Shown piece by piece: positions 49,851-62,485 of a stretch of 64,000 nt of DNA. A program made the translations under genes and the position numbers. Origin of the DNA: Octopus vulgaris (lineage: Eukaryota); contig OX597817.1 in assembly GCA_951406725.2 (NCBI GenBank), positions 149,854,001-149,918,000 on the forward strand, written 5' to 3'. Within the stretch, counting starts at the first letter, position 1; each line of letters begins with the position of its first letter. The notes under the pieces are model-generated. The model had not been told where the DNA came from. It ran no database searches and saw nothing but the letters and a program-made list of their open reading frames with translations.

Positions 49851-52066
49851 ATACAACATAGGCGTAGGAGTGGCTGTGTGGTAAGTAGCTTGCTTACAAA
49901 CTACATGGTTCTGGGTTCAGTCCCACTGGATGGCACCTTGGGCAAGTGTCTTCTACAATAGCCTCGGGCCAACCAAAGCCTTGTGAGTGGATTTGGTAGA
50001 CGGAAACTGAAAGAAGCCCATCGTATATATATATATATATATGTATGCATGTGTATATGTTTGTGTGTCTGTGTTTGTCACCCCAACATCGCTTGACAAC
50101 CGATGGTGGTGTGTTTACATCCCTGTAACTTAGCGGTTCGGCAAAAGGGACTGATAGAATAAGTACTAGGCTTACAAAGAATAAGTCCTGGGGTTGATTT
50201 GCTCGACTAAACGCGGTGCTCCAGCATGGCCACAGTCACATGACTGAAACAAGTAAAAGAGAGAGAGTAAAGAGTAACAAACACATACAATCAGTTACAA
50301 CCAGGGATGTGCAACCTGGGTAGGCATGGTGGGCAGTGCCTACCCTGAATAAAATAGATTGAGAGTAACATTTTCCTTTTATGGCAAAATATACAATAAA
50401 ATTATGAAGGTTACTCTGATTATTATGCATAAAATGCAAAATATTTTATTTTTTTGTAGATTAGGTAGGCATAATTCACTCCTGCTTTTCAATCTCAGTA
50501 TTAAAACTACACATGATACTGCTTGCTGTAGTACACGTGCTGCATACATTCCAACAAAATTTTCTTTACATGTTATAAAGGCAGAAGTAAATCTACCTTC
50601 AACTTAGTCGCACACCTGTGTTTCACTTATTTTTTTTTATTGCATTTTACTACATAAACATCACCAACTGCCTGTCACATAACCAGCCCATTTAAAAAGT
50701 ACCTTTAAATCGTCGGACATGCCATGCTTGAGGAAACCTGTTGAGGCAATCAAAGCCAAAATCAAATCAGATCAAATGGAAATTGTAGTTGTGGCCAATG
50801 CCAGTTCCGCCTGACTGGCTCCCGTGCTAGTGGCACGCCATAAGCACCATTCATGCATGGGTCATTGCCAGTGCCACCTGACTGGCTCCCATGCTGGTGA
50901 CATGCAATAAACACCATTCATGTTATGGGCCATTGCCAGTGCCACCTGACTGGCTCCCCGTGCCAGTGGAATATAAAAACACCATCCGAACGGGGTTCAA
51001 TGCCAGCCCCCCCCCCCCCAACTGGTTCCTGTGCTGGTAGCATGTAAAAAAGCACCATCCGAACATGGCCGATGCCAGTACCGCCTGACTGGCTCCTGTG
51101 CCGGTGACAAATAAAAAGCACCCACTAGACTCTCGGAGTGGTTGGCATTAGGAAGGGCATCCAGCTGTAAAAAACATTGCCAGATCAGACTGGAGCCTGG
51201 TGCAGCCTCCTGGTTTGCCAGTCCTCAGCCAAACCAACCAACCCATGCCAGCATGAAAAACAGACATTATGCGATGATGATGATGATGATGACGTGCCTG
51301 GTTACAACTGTTTACAGACAGCTAAACTGATAGAAACTGAATGGGAGTGTCACTGAGCAATGTGTGCCAGCCTCTCATGCTTTCCCATCTATAGCATCCT
51401 GACCAGTCTAAAACTATGGAAAATATTATGGACTCATAAATTTGAACAAATTTTGCAGTTCTTTATTTATGTGTCCAGAGTTTATAGAGTGGTGAAATTT
51501 AAAACCAAGGAAGACTTTTGTGAAAATATTTTTCAATAAAGATATTATCAAACAAGTCTTTATCATCTATTTTGAGCGCTTGTTTATAGTAATATAAGAA
51601 AATTAATATTTATTGATTATTGATTATCAATTTTATTTGAAAATTAAAAAAAAAAACGTTAAAACATCTGCTCAATGGTTTTAACTTTTGGCTGCCACTA
51701 TGTCACTATACATGAATGTGCATACACACATACAGAGTAATTTCTAACTTGTTTCAGAAGCAAAAACAAAAAGTACTCAATATATTGTGTTTAGCGACTA
51801 TATTTATTATGATACAGTAGATAAATATGATTAATCTTCCTTGACTTTAAGTTTCATGCTAAACAGAGCATACCTCTTGTAGATGTGATCTGAGAGACAA
51901 TCTCCATCCACATCTCATCGAACAGAGCAATGCTCTATTGAGCAAGAAAATTAAATTCCTAAGAAAGTAGTCATATCTATTTACTATTTTTATAATAAAT
52001 ATATACACACATGTATACGTGTGTTTCTGTGCATGTATATATATACATATATATATATATATTATA

Positions 52067-52136
<70 letters not shown>

Positions 52137-52523
52137 TTATATATATACATTATATATAATGTACACCTGAAAATTAAAATGTCAGCAATATCAAATCAAT
52201 TAAATAAAGATAGTCTGTTAGCAAAAATTTATGAAAGGGAATCAAATCTCTTGACTCAAAATAGGGTGAACAAACATAATTTTTTGTTGCCCATCTTACA
52301 GCTTTCACAGAAATTATATCGAGTATTCAAAAGGGAAAATGAATTTAAACAAGTGTAAATAGAAGCAAATAATGATTTTATATATGTTTATATGAATAAT
52401 TTTGTACACACGAGCTAATGAAGTTGATTACATTGCCTTGTTCCATTGTTGTTCATTAATTTATATATATACACATGCTAGAAACACTGCTTCAATATGA
52501 CAACACACTCTCACATACACTCA

Positions 52524-52572
<49 letters not shown>

Positions 52573-52619
52573 TCTCACACACACACACACAAACAAACAT
52601 ACATATATATATATGTATA

Positions 52620-52927
52620 CAGTTGTGGACTGGCCAGGTTGCCAGCTTGCCTGATGGCAAGTGGGCCCCTGTGCCATTAGAATCCGTATATGGGGGCCCA
52701 TCCCCTCAAGTTTGAGAATTTTTTATTCACTCCTGGAAGAAAGCATTAATTATTTCAACCTGGCTGTTTTTGCAGACAGTTGAAAAGAATACTTTCAAAA
52801 AAAAAAAAAAATTAAATGATAACATTGTAGTTGCGGGTGGGTCTCCCTTGTAGTTGTGAGTGCGCCTAAGGGAGTGGGCTCCCTTAGTCTCCTGGCAACC
52901 AATACTTTTAGACCCAGTCTACCACTG
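52620..52927. mobile_element. MITE with CAGT...ACTG termini
   Basis: cagttgtggactgg / ccagtctaccactg in a TA-rich site. Confidence 0.6.
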
Positions 52928-53068
52928 TATATATGTCATTTACACACAGCGATAGTAAGAACCAGTTGTTAAAACTCAATATGGATGTGTAGTAAAGCAT
53001 TAGGCAGGTACAAAACATGATATTAATTAATGAATTACAAAGGAACAGGAGTCACATAACCAAGATCA

Positions 53069-53153
53069 TTAGCTTACAGGCGTTTCTGTTATAAGAAGTA
53101 TTGCATTCATAACTGACTGCTTGTACAACATCCCACAGCTTCTTCAGAGCTAA
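53069..53153 (-). ncRNA. Type I hammerhead ribozyme motif
   Basis: minus: ttagct-CTGAAGA-agctgt..(long loop)..aca-GAAAC-gcct-GTA-agctaa; perfect 6-bp stem I. Confidence 0.7.
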
Positions 53154-54036
53154 ATAAGAGCTCAACTCTGAGTGCCCTGCATATTATAGTAGAAACACCT
53201 GTAACCTAAAGGTGATTACATTACCCTGTTCCATTGTCATTCATTAATTTATATATACATATGCTGGAAACACTGCTTCAATATCATGACAACACACATA
53301 CACACACACACATACATATAAGTCTCCCAATGAGGGTAGTGCACTATGTGCCGAACCTTGAGCCTGGCACTAAATTGGCCTTGCCCCTCGTAAAGAAGAG
53401 CAGAGCAAGACTAACTCACATTGAGACACTCATTGGTGGCTGTACTATGTTGGTATCAATTACTGCTCTAACACAAGATTAAAAATGATTCGAGAGAGAG
53501 GGAGAAGGAGGAGTCAAGACTGATAGTGTATACTCCTTGTATATGTGTGTGATTATATGTATGCATATGCACATTATATACAATATATATGTATGCATAT
53601 GTGTATATACAACATAAATGTATGCACACATTATTATAATACATATATATATTATTTTACTTGTTTCAGGCATTTGACTGCAGCCATGCTGGAGCACCGC
53701 CTTTAGTCAAACAAATTGACCCCAGGACTTATTCTTCGTAAGCCTAGTACTTATCCTATCGGTCTTTTGCCAAACTGCTAAGTTACGGGGACGTAAACAC
53801 AGTTGTCAAGCGATGGAGGGGGAACAAACACACACACAAACATATACATATATGACGGGCTTCTCTCAATCTACCAAATCCACTCACAAGGCTTTAGTTG
53901 CCCCAAGGCTACAGTAGAAGACATTTACCCAAGGTGCCATGCTGTGGGAGCGAACCCAGAACCATGTGGTTGGTAAGCAAGTTACTTACCACAGAGCCAC
54001 TCCTGCACCTAATAATGCACACATTATTATTATTGC

Positions 54037-54076
<40 letters not shown>

Positions 54077-54141
54077 GTATGTATATATGCCTGCACATTG
54101 TATATGTATGTATGCATGAATATCTGAACTCTCTCTGTATG

Positions 54142-54188
<47 letters not shown>

Positions 54189-54634
54189 ATGTATATATAT
54201 ATATATATATACACATACATATTTGCACATACATATATATATACAAGCACATTATATGTATGCACATGTGTGTGGCTATGTGTAGTGTGCATGTATGCGA
54301 TTGTGCATTGGGTGTGTCATGCAACAAAAATATTGGAAATCACGGAAGGAGGAGGAGAGGAGGGTTAATTTCAAACTGAAGTGGCTATAAATTAAGATAA
54401 AATAACATATCATTCGTTTAACAAAAGAAACATACACACATATACACAAACGAAAAAATTATTGTCTATATCAATGAAATAGCAGCAGAAATCACAGGAA
54501 ATTTACTTTATATTTCATCAAAAACATATTAAAAAAAAATAAAGAAAACACAGGGCTTGAAATTTACAGACATTGACAAAAAAAAAATACAATTTCCGTA
54601 GTTTCATCTTGTCTACAAAATAAAGAAAAATACA

Positions 54635-54668
<34 letters not shown>

Positions 54669-55288
54669 TAGTGTTAACAAACTAGTAAAAGATTTTGTAT
54701 ATATTTTAAATATCAAAATGAACTTTTAAATTTTTCTCAAGTTTTTTTTTTGTTGAAAAGGAAAGTTTTAAAATTTTCTTTTTCTTTTTATTTATTAGAA
54801 ATGCATCAGGAAAATATTTCATTTTTCATCATTGTTTTTTGGGTTTTTTTTACATTGTTCTTGGCAATATTGAATGAAATTTTGAAAATGAAATTTTCTT
54901 TTTCTTTTTTTTTTTTATCTTGTTCAATGTATAAAGTAGAGAGCATCATGGTGCTTTTTAAATGTTCGCATTCGGAGAACTCATTGTATCCATGAAATTA
55001 TCTTCAGTAAAGGATAATAATTAAATTATTATGACAAATGGAGATCCGGAGTAAATGGATTTGAGCAATGTTATTGGCTATTAAGCGAATAACTTATCTG
55101 TCACAGCAGCTCACAGAGACAAAGGTTAGACAGGCAAAGAACCAGATATAAGAAATTAAGGATTAAGTTTGGCTTATAATCCTGATCAATGAATCTTCAT
55201 ACACAGATTTATAATTAACACTGAAAGGAAAAAATGACAAGTCATGATGTGAAATATTTGCAATGAATATATATATATATATATATAT

Positions 55289-55331
<43 letters not shown>

Positions 55332-55409
55332 GAGAGAGAAAGAGAGAGCTGTCTAAGAAACCATATATCAGAAAAAAATATGCACTCCTATGTTTGTGAA
55401 TACAGAGTT

Positions 55410-55615
55410 AATCAAAGTATACAGTATTATAGATCTATTTCAACCAATGTCACCAATTAGTTTCACACTGGGTATTAGACTACCAGATATTAGATAACAG
55501 CATGGTTAACCGACAACAACGTGCTCTGAAGAGCATATAGCGATGGTTAACCATGCTGTTATCTAGTACCCAGTAAAATTGGCTGAAATGGATCTATAGT
55601 ACTATATACTTGATT
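55410..55615. repeat. Fold-back element with truncated hammerhead core in its loop
   Basis: tagataacagcatggttaacc / ggttaaccatgctgttatcta arms; loop holds CTGAAGA-gc-atata-gc-GA (55526-55543). Confidence 0.7.
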
Positions 55616-56144
55616 CATATATATTTGGTGGAACAAACCGGAGAAAGACAACTTAATACATAAGAATATATTTTATTCAGCGGTACAGTTACATAAGTGA
55701 GCCAAGAGACGAAAGGTTTGTGCATTGCCTTTATCAAACTCTGACTAGTGAGATAAATGTAATGCATGAAGCCCACAATTCTTGAATCACTTATGTAACT
55801 CTGTAACCCAATAATTTATGGATGTCTGTCTCATTAAATACATATATGTATGTATGTATATATAATATATAAATATATGCATATATACATATGTATATAT
55901 GTATATATACATGCATAAATGGGTACAGGACATCAAAAAATGTTGAACATAATGAGAAATGAAAACATAAAAACAAAAACATAGAAAACGAACTATTTTT
56001 TCGAACAACGAAAAAAATAAACAAGAAACGAGACATGCAACATAAAGAATATTCCCCTTCATCAGTTGTCCCTGTTTCATCTACTTCGTGTTTCAAAGTT
56101 AAGGACAATATATATATATAAACAAAAATTTTATAATTATGAGT

Positions 56145-56336
56145 ATAATTATAATTAGGGTTCATCAAAAATTTGTTTCACCACATACCGAAATTTAGAA
56201 ATAGCAGTTAAAATCAACTATTTCACTACCATAAGAAAAATCCGAGACATGGTAGTGAAATAGTTAGTTTTAACTGCTATTTCTAAATTTCAGTATGTGG
56301 TGAAGCAAATTTTTGCTGAACCCTAATTATAATTAT
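56145..56336. repeat. approx 88-bp-arm fold-back immediately upstream of a hammerhead
   Basis: ataattagggttca..tatttcactaccat / atggtagtgaaata..tgaaccctaattat, 16-nt spacer. Confidence 0.9.
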
Positions 56337-56379
56337 GTTTTTTACTTGTCTTTTACCTTGCCAAGTTAAATATTTAAAC

Positions 56380-56442
56380 CACCTGAAGAATGACTGTAAC
56401 TCGAAATTTTAAGAATTGGACAGCCATGAAACGATCGTAGTG
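56380..56442 (+). ncRNA. Type I hammerhead ribozyme motif with palindromic stem III
   Basis: cac-CTGAAGA-atgactgt..acagccat-GAA-ACGATCGT-A-gtg; predicted cleavage after GTA at 56439. Confidence 0.8.
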
Positions 56443-56907
56443 TTATACTAATTATCTTTTTTAATAATTTTGATATATATTTAAATAATATAAATTAATT
56501 AATCTTATGTATTGGCTTAAGTTTTTCATTGTATGATTTGCCTAATAGTGGTTTTATCTCTAATTTAATATAATTATATATATATATAACTTGACAGACA
56601 GACTGAGACACACAGAGAAGCAGAGAGAGAGGGAAAAGACAAAGTAAACAGATAGGTAGCTTGATGGTTAGATATACATGTTTTTGTTTAATAAAAGAGA
56701 GAAAGAGTACTCAATGTCAGTGATAGAGTAGATGTAGAAAGCTGGTGATTCACTCTGCTTCTATCTGGAGTTTACCATTTGATGCAATCCTCCAAGCTTC
56801 AATATAAATTACTTGTTGGTGTCATCTCTTCAAGGATTGTAACGTGCAAGAAGCTTTAAGTTTAGATGGAGTGAATCCTCAGCTTCATACATTACATATC
56901 TATATAA

Positions 56908-56964
<57 letters not shown>

Positions 56965-57023
56965 TATACACACATATACATACAACACGTGTGTATATTA
57001 CACATATGCATACACAGGTACAC

Positions 57024-57082
<59 letters not shown>

Positions 57083-57255
57083 AAATATGAATTAGAGATA
57101 AAACCACTATTAGGTAAATCAAACAGTGATAGACATAATATATAGTGGTTTTATCTCTAATTCATATTTTATGTATTCATACTGTGAAATTTGATTTAAT
57201 ACTAAATCTAATTTTTCCCTGTAAGTTTGGAGCCATACTCCCTAATATTATTATT

Positions 57256-57301
<46 letters not shown>

Positions 57302-58419
57302 CTTATTTCAGCTATGAAGGTTAAGGGAACACACACTTAATATAGATAACTACATATTTATATAATCACATATTACACACACACACACACACACACACAA
57401 TATAAAATCAGATGTGTGTGTGTGTGTATTCAGGAACTGAACATAAGAGAGTGAGGCAAAATAAGGAGGGGTTTCCCAACTACAGCAAGAGAATTAGATA
57501 GATGAAGTGCGGCGAGAGAAAGCAAGAACCAGATAGACAGAGAGAGAGAGAGAAATAGAGAGAAATGACAAATGTTGTTGCTGAAAGTGAGAGACAGAGG
57601 TGGTTGAGAAAAATTTGATACACCAACAACAGAAGTAGATGATACACTAAGCGTATGACACATATTATCACCTGACCAAAGAGAAAGTGCATACTACATT
57701 TCACGTGACCAACAGACCAGTTTAGAAAACACCATGTTATTTTTGTCTGTTTCTTTTGTTTTTATGGTATGTCAAAGCTATAATTATAGTCTGATGTTGT
57801 TTATATACATTAAAGAAATGTAAGAAAAATATTGGGAAAGAAAAAGAAAATAGTATTGGTCCAGTGTTGATAAGGGCCTCCTAGTGACCCCATAAATCTT
57901 GTAAATAATATATATTTCCTTTTCTTTGATGATTGCTTTTTTTTTTCTGTTTGTTTTTAAAGAAATTTGAGAGCCAAAGAAAAACAAATATAAAAATAAA
58001 TTATGTACGTGTATACATGTCACTTGTATTTGTGTTTGTCAGGATTTCCAGATACTCAATGTTCTTGCATGTGCACGTACACGCACGTGTGTGCATGCAC
58101 GATGCACATGCATGTGTGTATGTGTGTGCATGTGCATGTGTGTGTGTGTGTGTGTGTGTACAGAATTTGTGCATGTTGAATGACAGAAGAAGGAGAAAGA
58201 AGACAGAATTGTTGAAATGAATTTCCAAAAAAAAATTTTTCTTTGGATAGAGTTGAGAGTGAAGCTTAAATTTCTATAGGTCAAAAGGCCAGGATATTTT
58301 AAAATATCAATGACGTATTTGAAAGACTTGGCACATTTTGGAGAGTTAAGAGTAGTTTGTCTTGAAGGCAATGTTCCCATCCTGCTCTCAGCAGTTTAAC
58401 AGTGTTCAGAGTGTGGTAG

Positions 58420-58832
58420 TTAGCTATCAAACAAACTGTGAGACAGATTTGGAGGCAACAGCTGTGCTTCTGTCGATGTTGCTGTGGTTGTTGCTGTTGC
58501 TGCTGTCGCTGCTGCTGCTGTTGAATTAGTTGCTGCTGTAGATGATGATGATGCCTCTTCCTCCTCTTCTGCTTCTTCCACTTCTTCTGCTAATGCTCTT
58601 TCTGTTGCATTTCTTGTCTTAGCTGTGGGAGTATTTTTTTGATTTCTGGAGGGTAACTGACTGGGCATTGATATAGCTTCTTCGTATGATGGAGGTGGGT
58701 AATCAAGTTCTGAGTGAGGGCCTGCCTCGGCCCCTCCATTCATACCTTGCAAAATAATGTGCACTCTGGGTTCGGCATCCTCCCCAAAGGTAGTCTGCGA
58801 AGATGAATTTATCCGGCCGTTTTGAACTTCTC
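58420..58832 (-). CDS. Terminal coding exon of unidentified protein with PPxY motif (DYPPPSYEEA) and low-complexity E/S/T/A tail
   Basis: strong poly-T tract + ttttag| acceptor, phase 1, 413 nt open to TAA, higher GC than flanks; upstream exons not found in window. Confidence 0.8.
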
Positions 58833-59787
58833 CTAAAACAGCAATAAACAAAATAAAATTTTTTTTTTTTTTTTCAAATAAATTGGAAAATGCAAATGCT
58901 GTAAAAAATAAAAAAAAAAATTTTTAATTATTGCCTCAACATAATATTAGGATTATGGCTTGGATTATAGAAGGGAGCAGGAGTTGGGGGAGGGAAAGAA
59001 TGTGAAGAAGATATAAAAGAAGAAAAAGAAGTAAAGAAAAAAAATAAAGAAAAACTGAAAAGAGTGACAGCAGTTAAAGAGAAAGGAAAAGGAAAACTAA
59101 CACAAAAAAAACATAAAGAGAAAATTAAAACATGTCCCAAAAAATTGAGGAACATAGACTTGAACAGAAATAGAATGGGAAAGAGTGGAGAGAGAGATAT
59201 ATATATAGAGAGAGAGGGAGAGAGGGGGAGAAATAGAGAGAAAAAGTAAAAAGGGAAAACAAGAGGAGAGAAATAATAACTTAGAACTGGTTCAGTTGCT
59301 AGCAACGTTTTTTATGGATTACACGTGTTGAGGTTGACTGGGCTATGCATTAAAAATAACGTTTATATGAAACTGAAGAAGCCAGTATGAGGAGATGGAG
59401 CTAAATGGAAAAGCAAGAACAAGCTAGAAACTCAGAAAGAAATGAAAGAAAATGTATTCAAAATGAACAGTTCTAAAACTGAATCTAAATTGCTTAAATG
59501 TATTCACACATTGAGAGGAATCCATCTGGAAAACATCTGCACCAAATATAAATATTTAACTAGGTACCTTGTAGAGTTCCTTCTGTCTACATGTATTTGG
59601 AATATTTCAGGTAACCAAATCTATGTTGTATTATACTGTAGTATAGCCTGTTGTCTTCAGATTATATATACAAGTTTGTGTTGGCCTTGTAGACTATACT
59701 TCAGAAATTAGTGACTTCTGACCTTCATGGTTAACTACACGTAACAAAAACTGGTGCTATACAACAATAAAAGAATTGCATAATTTC

Positions 59788-60440
59788 AGGTGCAGGTATG
59801 TGTTGTGTGGTTAAGAATCAGGTATAGCAGTGTGGTGCAGGCATGGCTGTGTGGTGCAGGCATTGGCTGTGGGGTGCAGGTATAGTTGAGTGATGCATGT
59901 ATGGCTGTGGGGTACATGCATGGCTGTGGGGTGCAGGCATGGCTGTGGGGTGCTGGCATGGCCATGTGGTGTAGGCATGGCCATGTGGGGTACTGGCATG
60001 GATGTGGGGTACTGGCATGGATGTGGGGTGCTGGCACGGCTGTGGGTTGCAGGTATGGCTGTGGAGTGCAGGCATGGCTGTGGAGTGCAGGCATGGCTGT
60101 GTGGTGCAGGCATGGCCATGTGGTGCAGGCATGGCTGTGGGTTGCAGGCATGGCCATGTGGTGCAGGCATGGCTGTGGGTTGCAGGCATGGCTGTGGGTT
60201 GCAGGCATGGCTGTGTGGTGCAGGCATGGCCGTGAGGTGCAGGCATGGCCATGTGGTGCCTGCATGGCTGTGGGGTACTGGCATGGCTGTGGGGTGCTGG
60301 CATGGCCGTGTGGTGCAAGCATGGCTGTGGGGTGCAGGCATGGCTGTGGGGTGCTGGCATGGCTGTGGGGTGCAGGTATGGCTGTGGGGTGCAGGCATGG
60401 CTGTAGGGTGTAGGCATGGCTGTGTGGTGCAGGCATGGCT
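59788..60440 (+). repeat. approx 19-bp minisatellite (ggcatggctgtggggtgca, about 30+ units) continuous with SINE A head
   Basis: last unit runs directly into ggctgtgtggttaagaagcttgct of a full SINE A body. Confidence 0.92.
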
Positions 60441-61090
60441 GTGTGGTTAAGAAGCTTGCTTTGTAACAACATGGTTCCAGGTTAAGTCCAAACACACAGC
60501 ACCTTGGGCAAGTGTCTTCTATTATAATAGCCCCAAGCTGACCAACACATTGTGAGTGAATTTGGTAGATGGAAACTGTGTGAAAGCCCATCATATACAA
60601 TGCATATGTGTGTGTGTCTTTGTGTCTGTGCTTGTCACCTCCACCCACTGCTTGACAACCAGTGTTGGTTTGTTTATCTCCCTACAACTTAGTTCAGCAA
60701 AAGGGATCAACAGAATAAGTACCAGACTTAAAATAAACCCAACACCACCACAAAATTTTTTTTTAAAAACCCTAGATACTGGGGTCAATTTATTCAACTA
60801 AAAGCCTTTAAGATAGTGCCCCAGCATGGTCCCAATCCAATGCCTGAAACAAGTAAAAGATAAAAGACAATTCTGCTGTCCAACAAGAATTCATGATTAA
60901 TTTAAAAGCACTTTTGTTTTCATTCTTCTTAGAAAACGGTCAAAACATTCCCTGTCTTCAGGACTTTGATGTGAATTCAACAGAAATGTAATAATTTTCA
61001 ATCAGCATCAAGTTGTTGTTGTTGTTGCTATTAGTTTTTATTAGCATCTTTTCTGTGGATTCTGTCATTAGAAGCCTAATATGTGCCTGC

Positions 61091-61157
61091 CATTTTTCAT
61101 TTCAAAATCCTACATTTTTCATTTCAAAATCCTACTTTTTTCATTTCAAAATCCTAC
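61091..61157. repeat. Three tandem 22-bp units
   Basis: catttttcatttcaaaatccta x3. Confidence 0.9.
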
Positions 61158-62452
61158 TGAGCATTTCTGTCGTATCTTAATAACAAATTTCATCCATTTT
61201 ATCATCACAGTTTTCTCTTAGGATCAGAAGAACCTGGACATACAATCTTTCACTTTATCATTTCTCATCTCACATATTACCCCATACCAAACAAAGACCT
61301 AGTTTCTTTATTTCACCAATTTTATACTAAAAGACAAAAAAAAAAAAAAAATGCTTCGATTCTAAAACCCGTTACAGAGAAAGAAATAGATGTCAAAATC
61401 TAAATAAACTCTTCAGCATTTAATCTGGTAATATCCAAGCCAAATATTCTACCTGTTTTATGTTCAAACTGACCAAATCCAGCCTCTCACATCTACCCTA
61501 CAATGTCCTTCTAAAAATATACAAACACACCATAGAAATCTTGAAGCTACAAGATTATGTGTGATTAATTCAAAACAATGTGAATAAATAAGTGATACGT
61601 TTGACAAAGAAATCTGAATGCTACAGGGTTAAACCAAGCAGTTTAGAGTTCAAACCTTAACCAATTTGTTCTTGCATCCTTCTGTAAATAACAGTTTCTG
61701 ATTTAAGTACAAGATCAGCAATTTTGAGGAGTAGGAGTAGTTGGTATCATCAACTACAGTACTAGACTAGTAATTTATTTTAATGATCCAGATGATGAGG
61801 AGAGATCATCTCCTAATGTTGAAGAGGAAAGATGAAAGGAAAATTCAAATTACATGTAATTTTTATTTTGTTTTTGATTGGTTTTACAAAAGATAAAAAA
61901 TAAACCTAAAATATTTAAAATAATATACATACATCATAATATACATATATAGACAAATTCACATACGTCCAGTGCAGTCATGACTGTGTAACTAAGAAGT
62001 TCGTTTCCCAACCATGAGGTTTTGAGTTCAGTCTCAGTGTATCACACTTTGGGCAAATGTCATATATGTGTTCGTTGCCAGCCTCGCCTGGCCCCCGTGC
62101 CAGTGACACGTAAAAGCACCATCCGTTTTGTGGCCGTTTGCCAGCTCTGTCTGGCCCCCGTGTTAGTGGCACGTAAAAGCACCATCCGTTCGTGTCCGTT
62201 GCCAGCCTCGCCTGGCCCCGTGCCGGTGACACGTAAAAGCACCATCCGTTCGTGGCCGTTTGCCCGCTCTGTCTGGCACCTGTGCGGGTGGCACGTAAAA
62301 AGCACCCACTACAGTCACGGAGTGGTTGGCGTTAGGAAGGGCATCCAGCCGTAGAAACACTGCCAGATCTGACTGGGCCTGATGAAGCCTTCCAGCTTCA
62401 CAGACCCCAGTTGAACCGTCCAACCCATGCTAGCATGGAGAACGGATGCTAA

Positions 62453-62485
<33 letters not shown>

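Noticed and set aside
50302-50618. hAT-like element cagggatgtgcaac...gtcgcacacctg
   Set aside because: TIRs short and imperfect and no 8-bp TSD found
56040-56110. Minus-strand GAAAC...CTGATGA as a type II hammerhead
   Set aside because: Stems I and II cannot be paired convincingly in this copy
59786-60648. Long Cys/His/Pro-rich ORFs (175-276 aa) on both strands
   Set aside because: Translations of a stop-poor 19-bp minisatellite open in many frames; no splice or codon evidence
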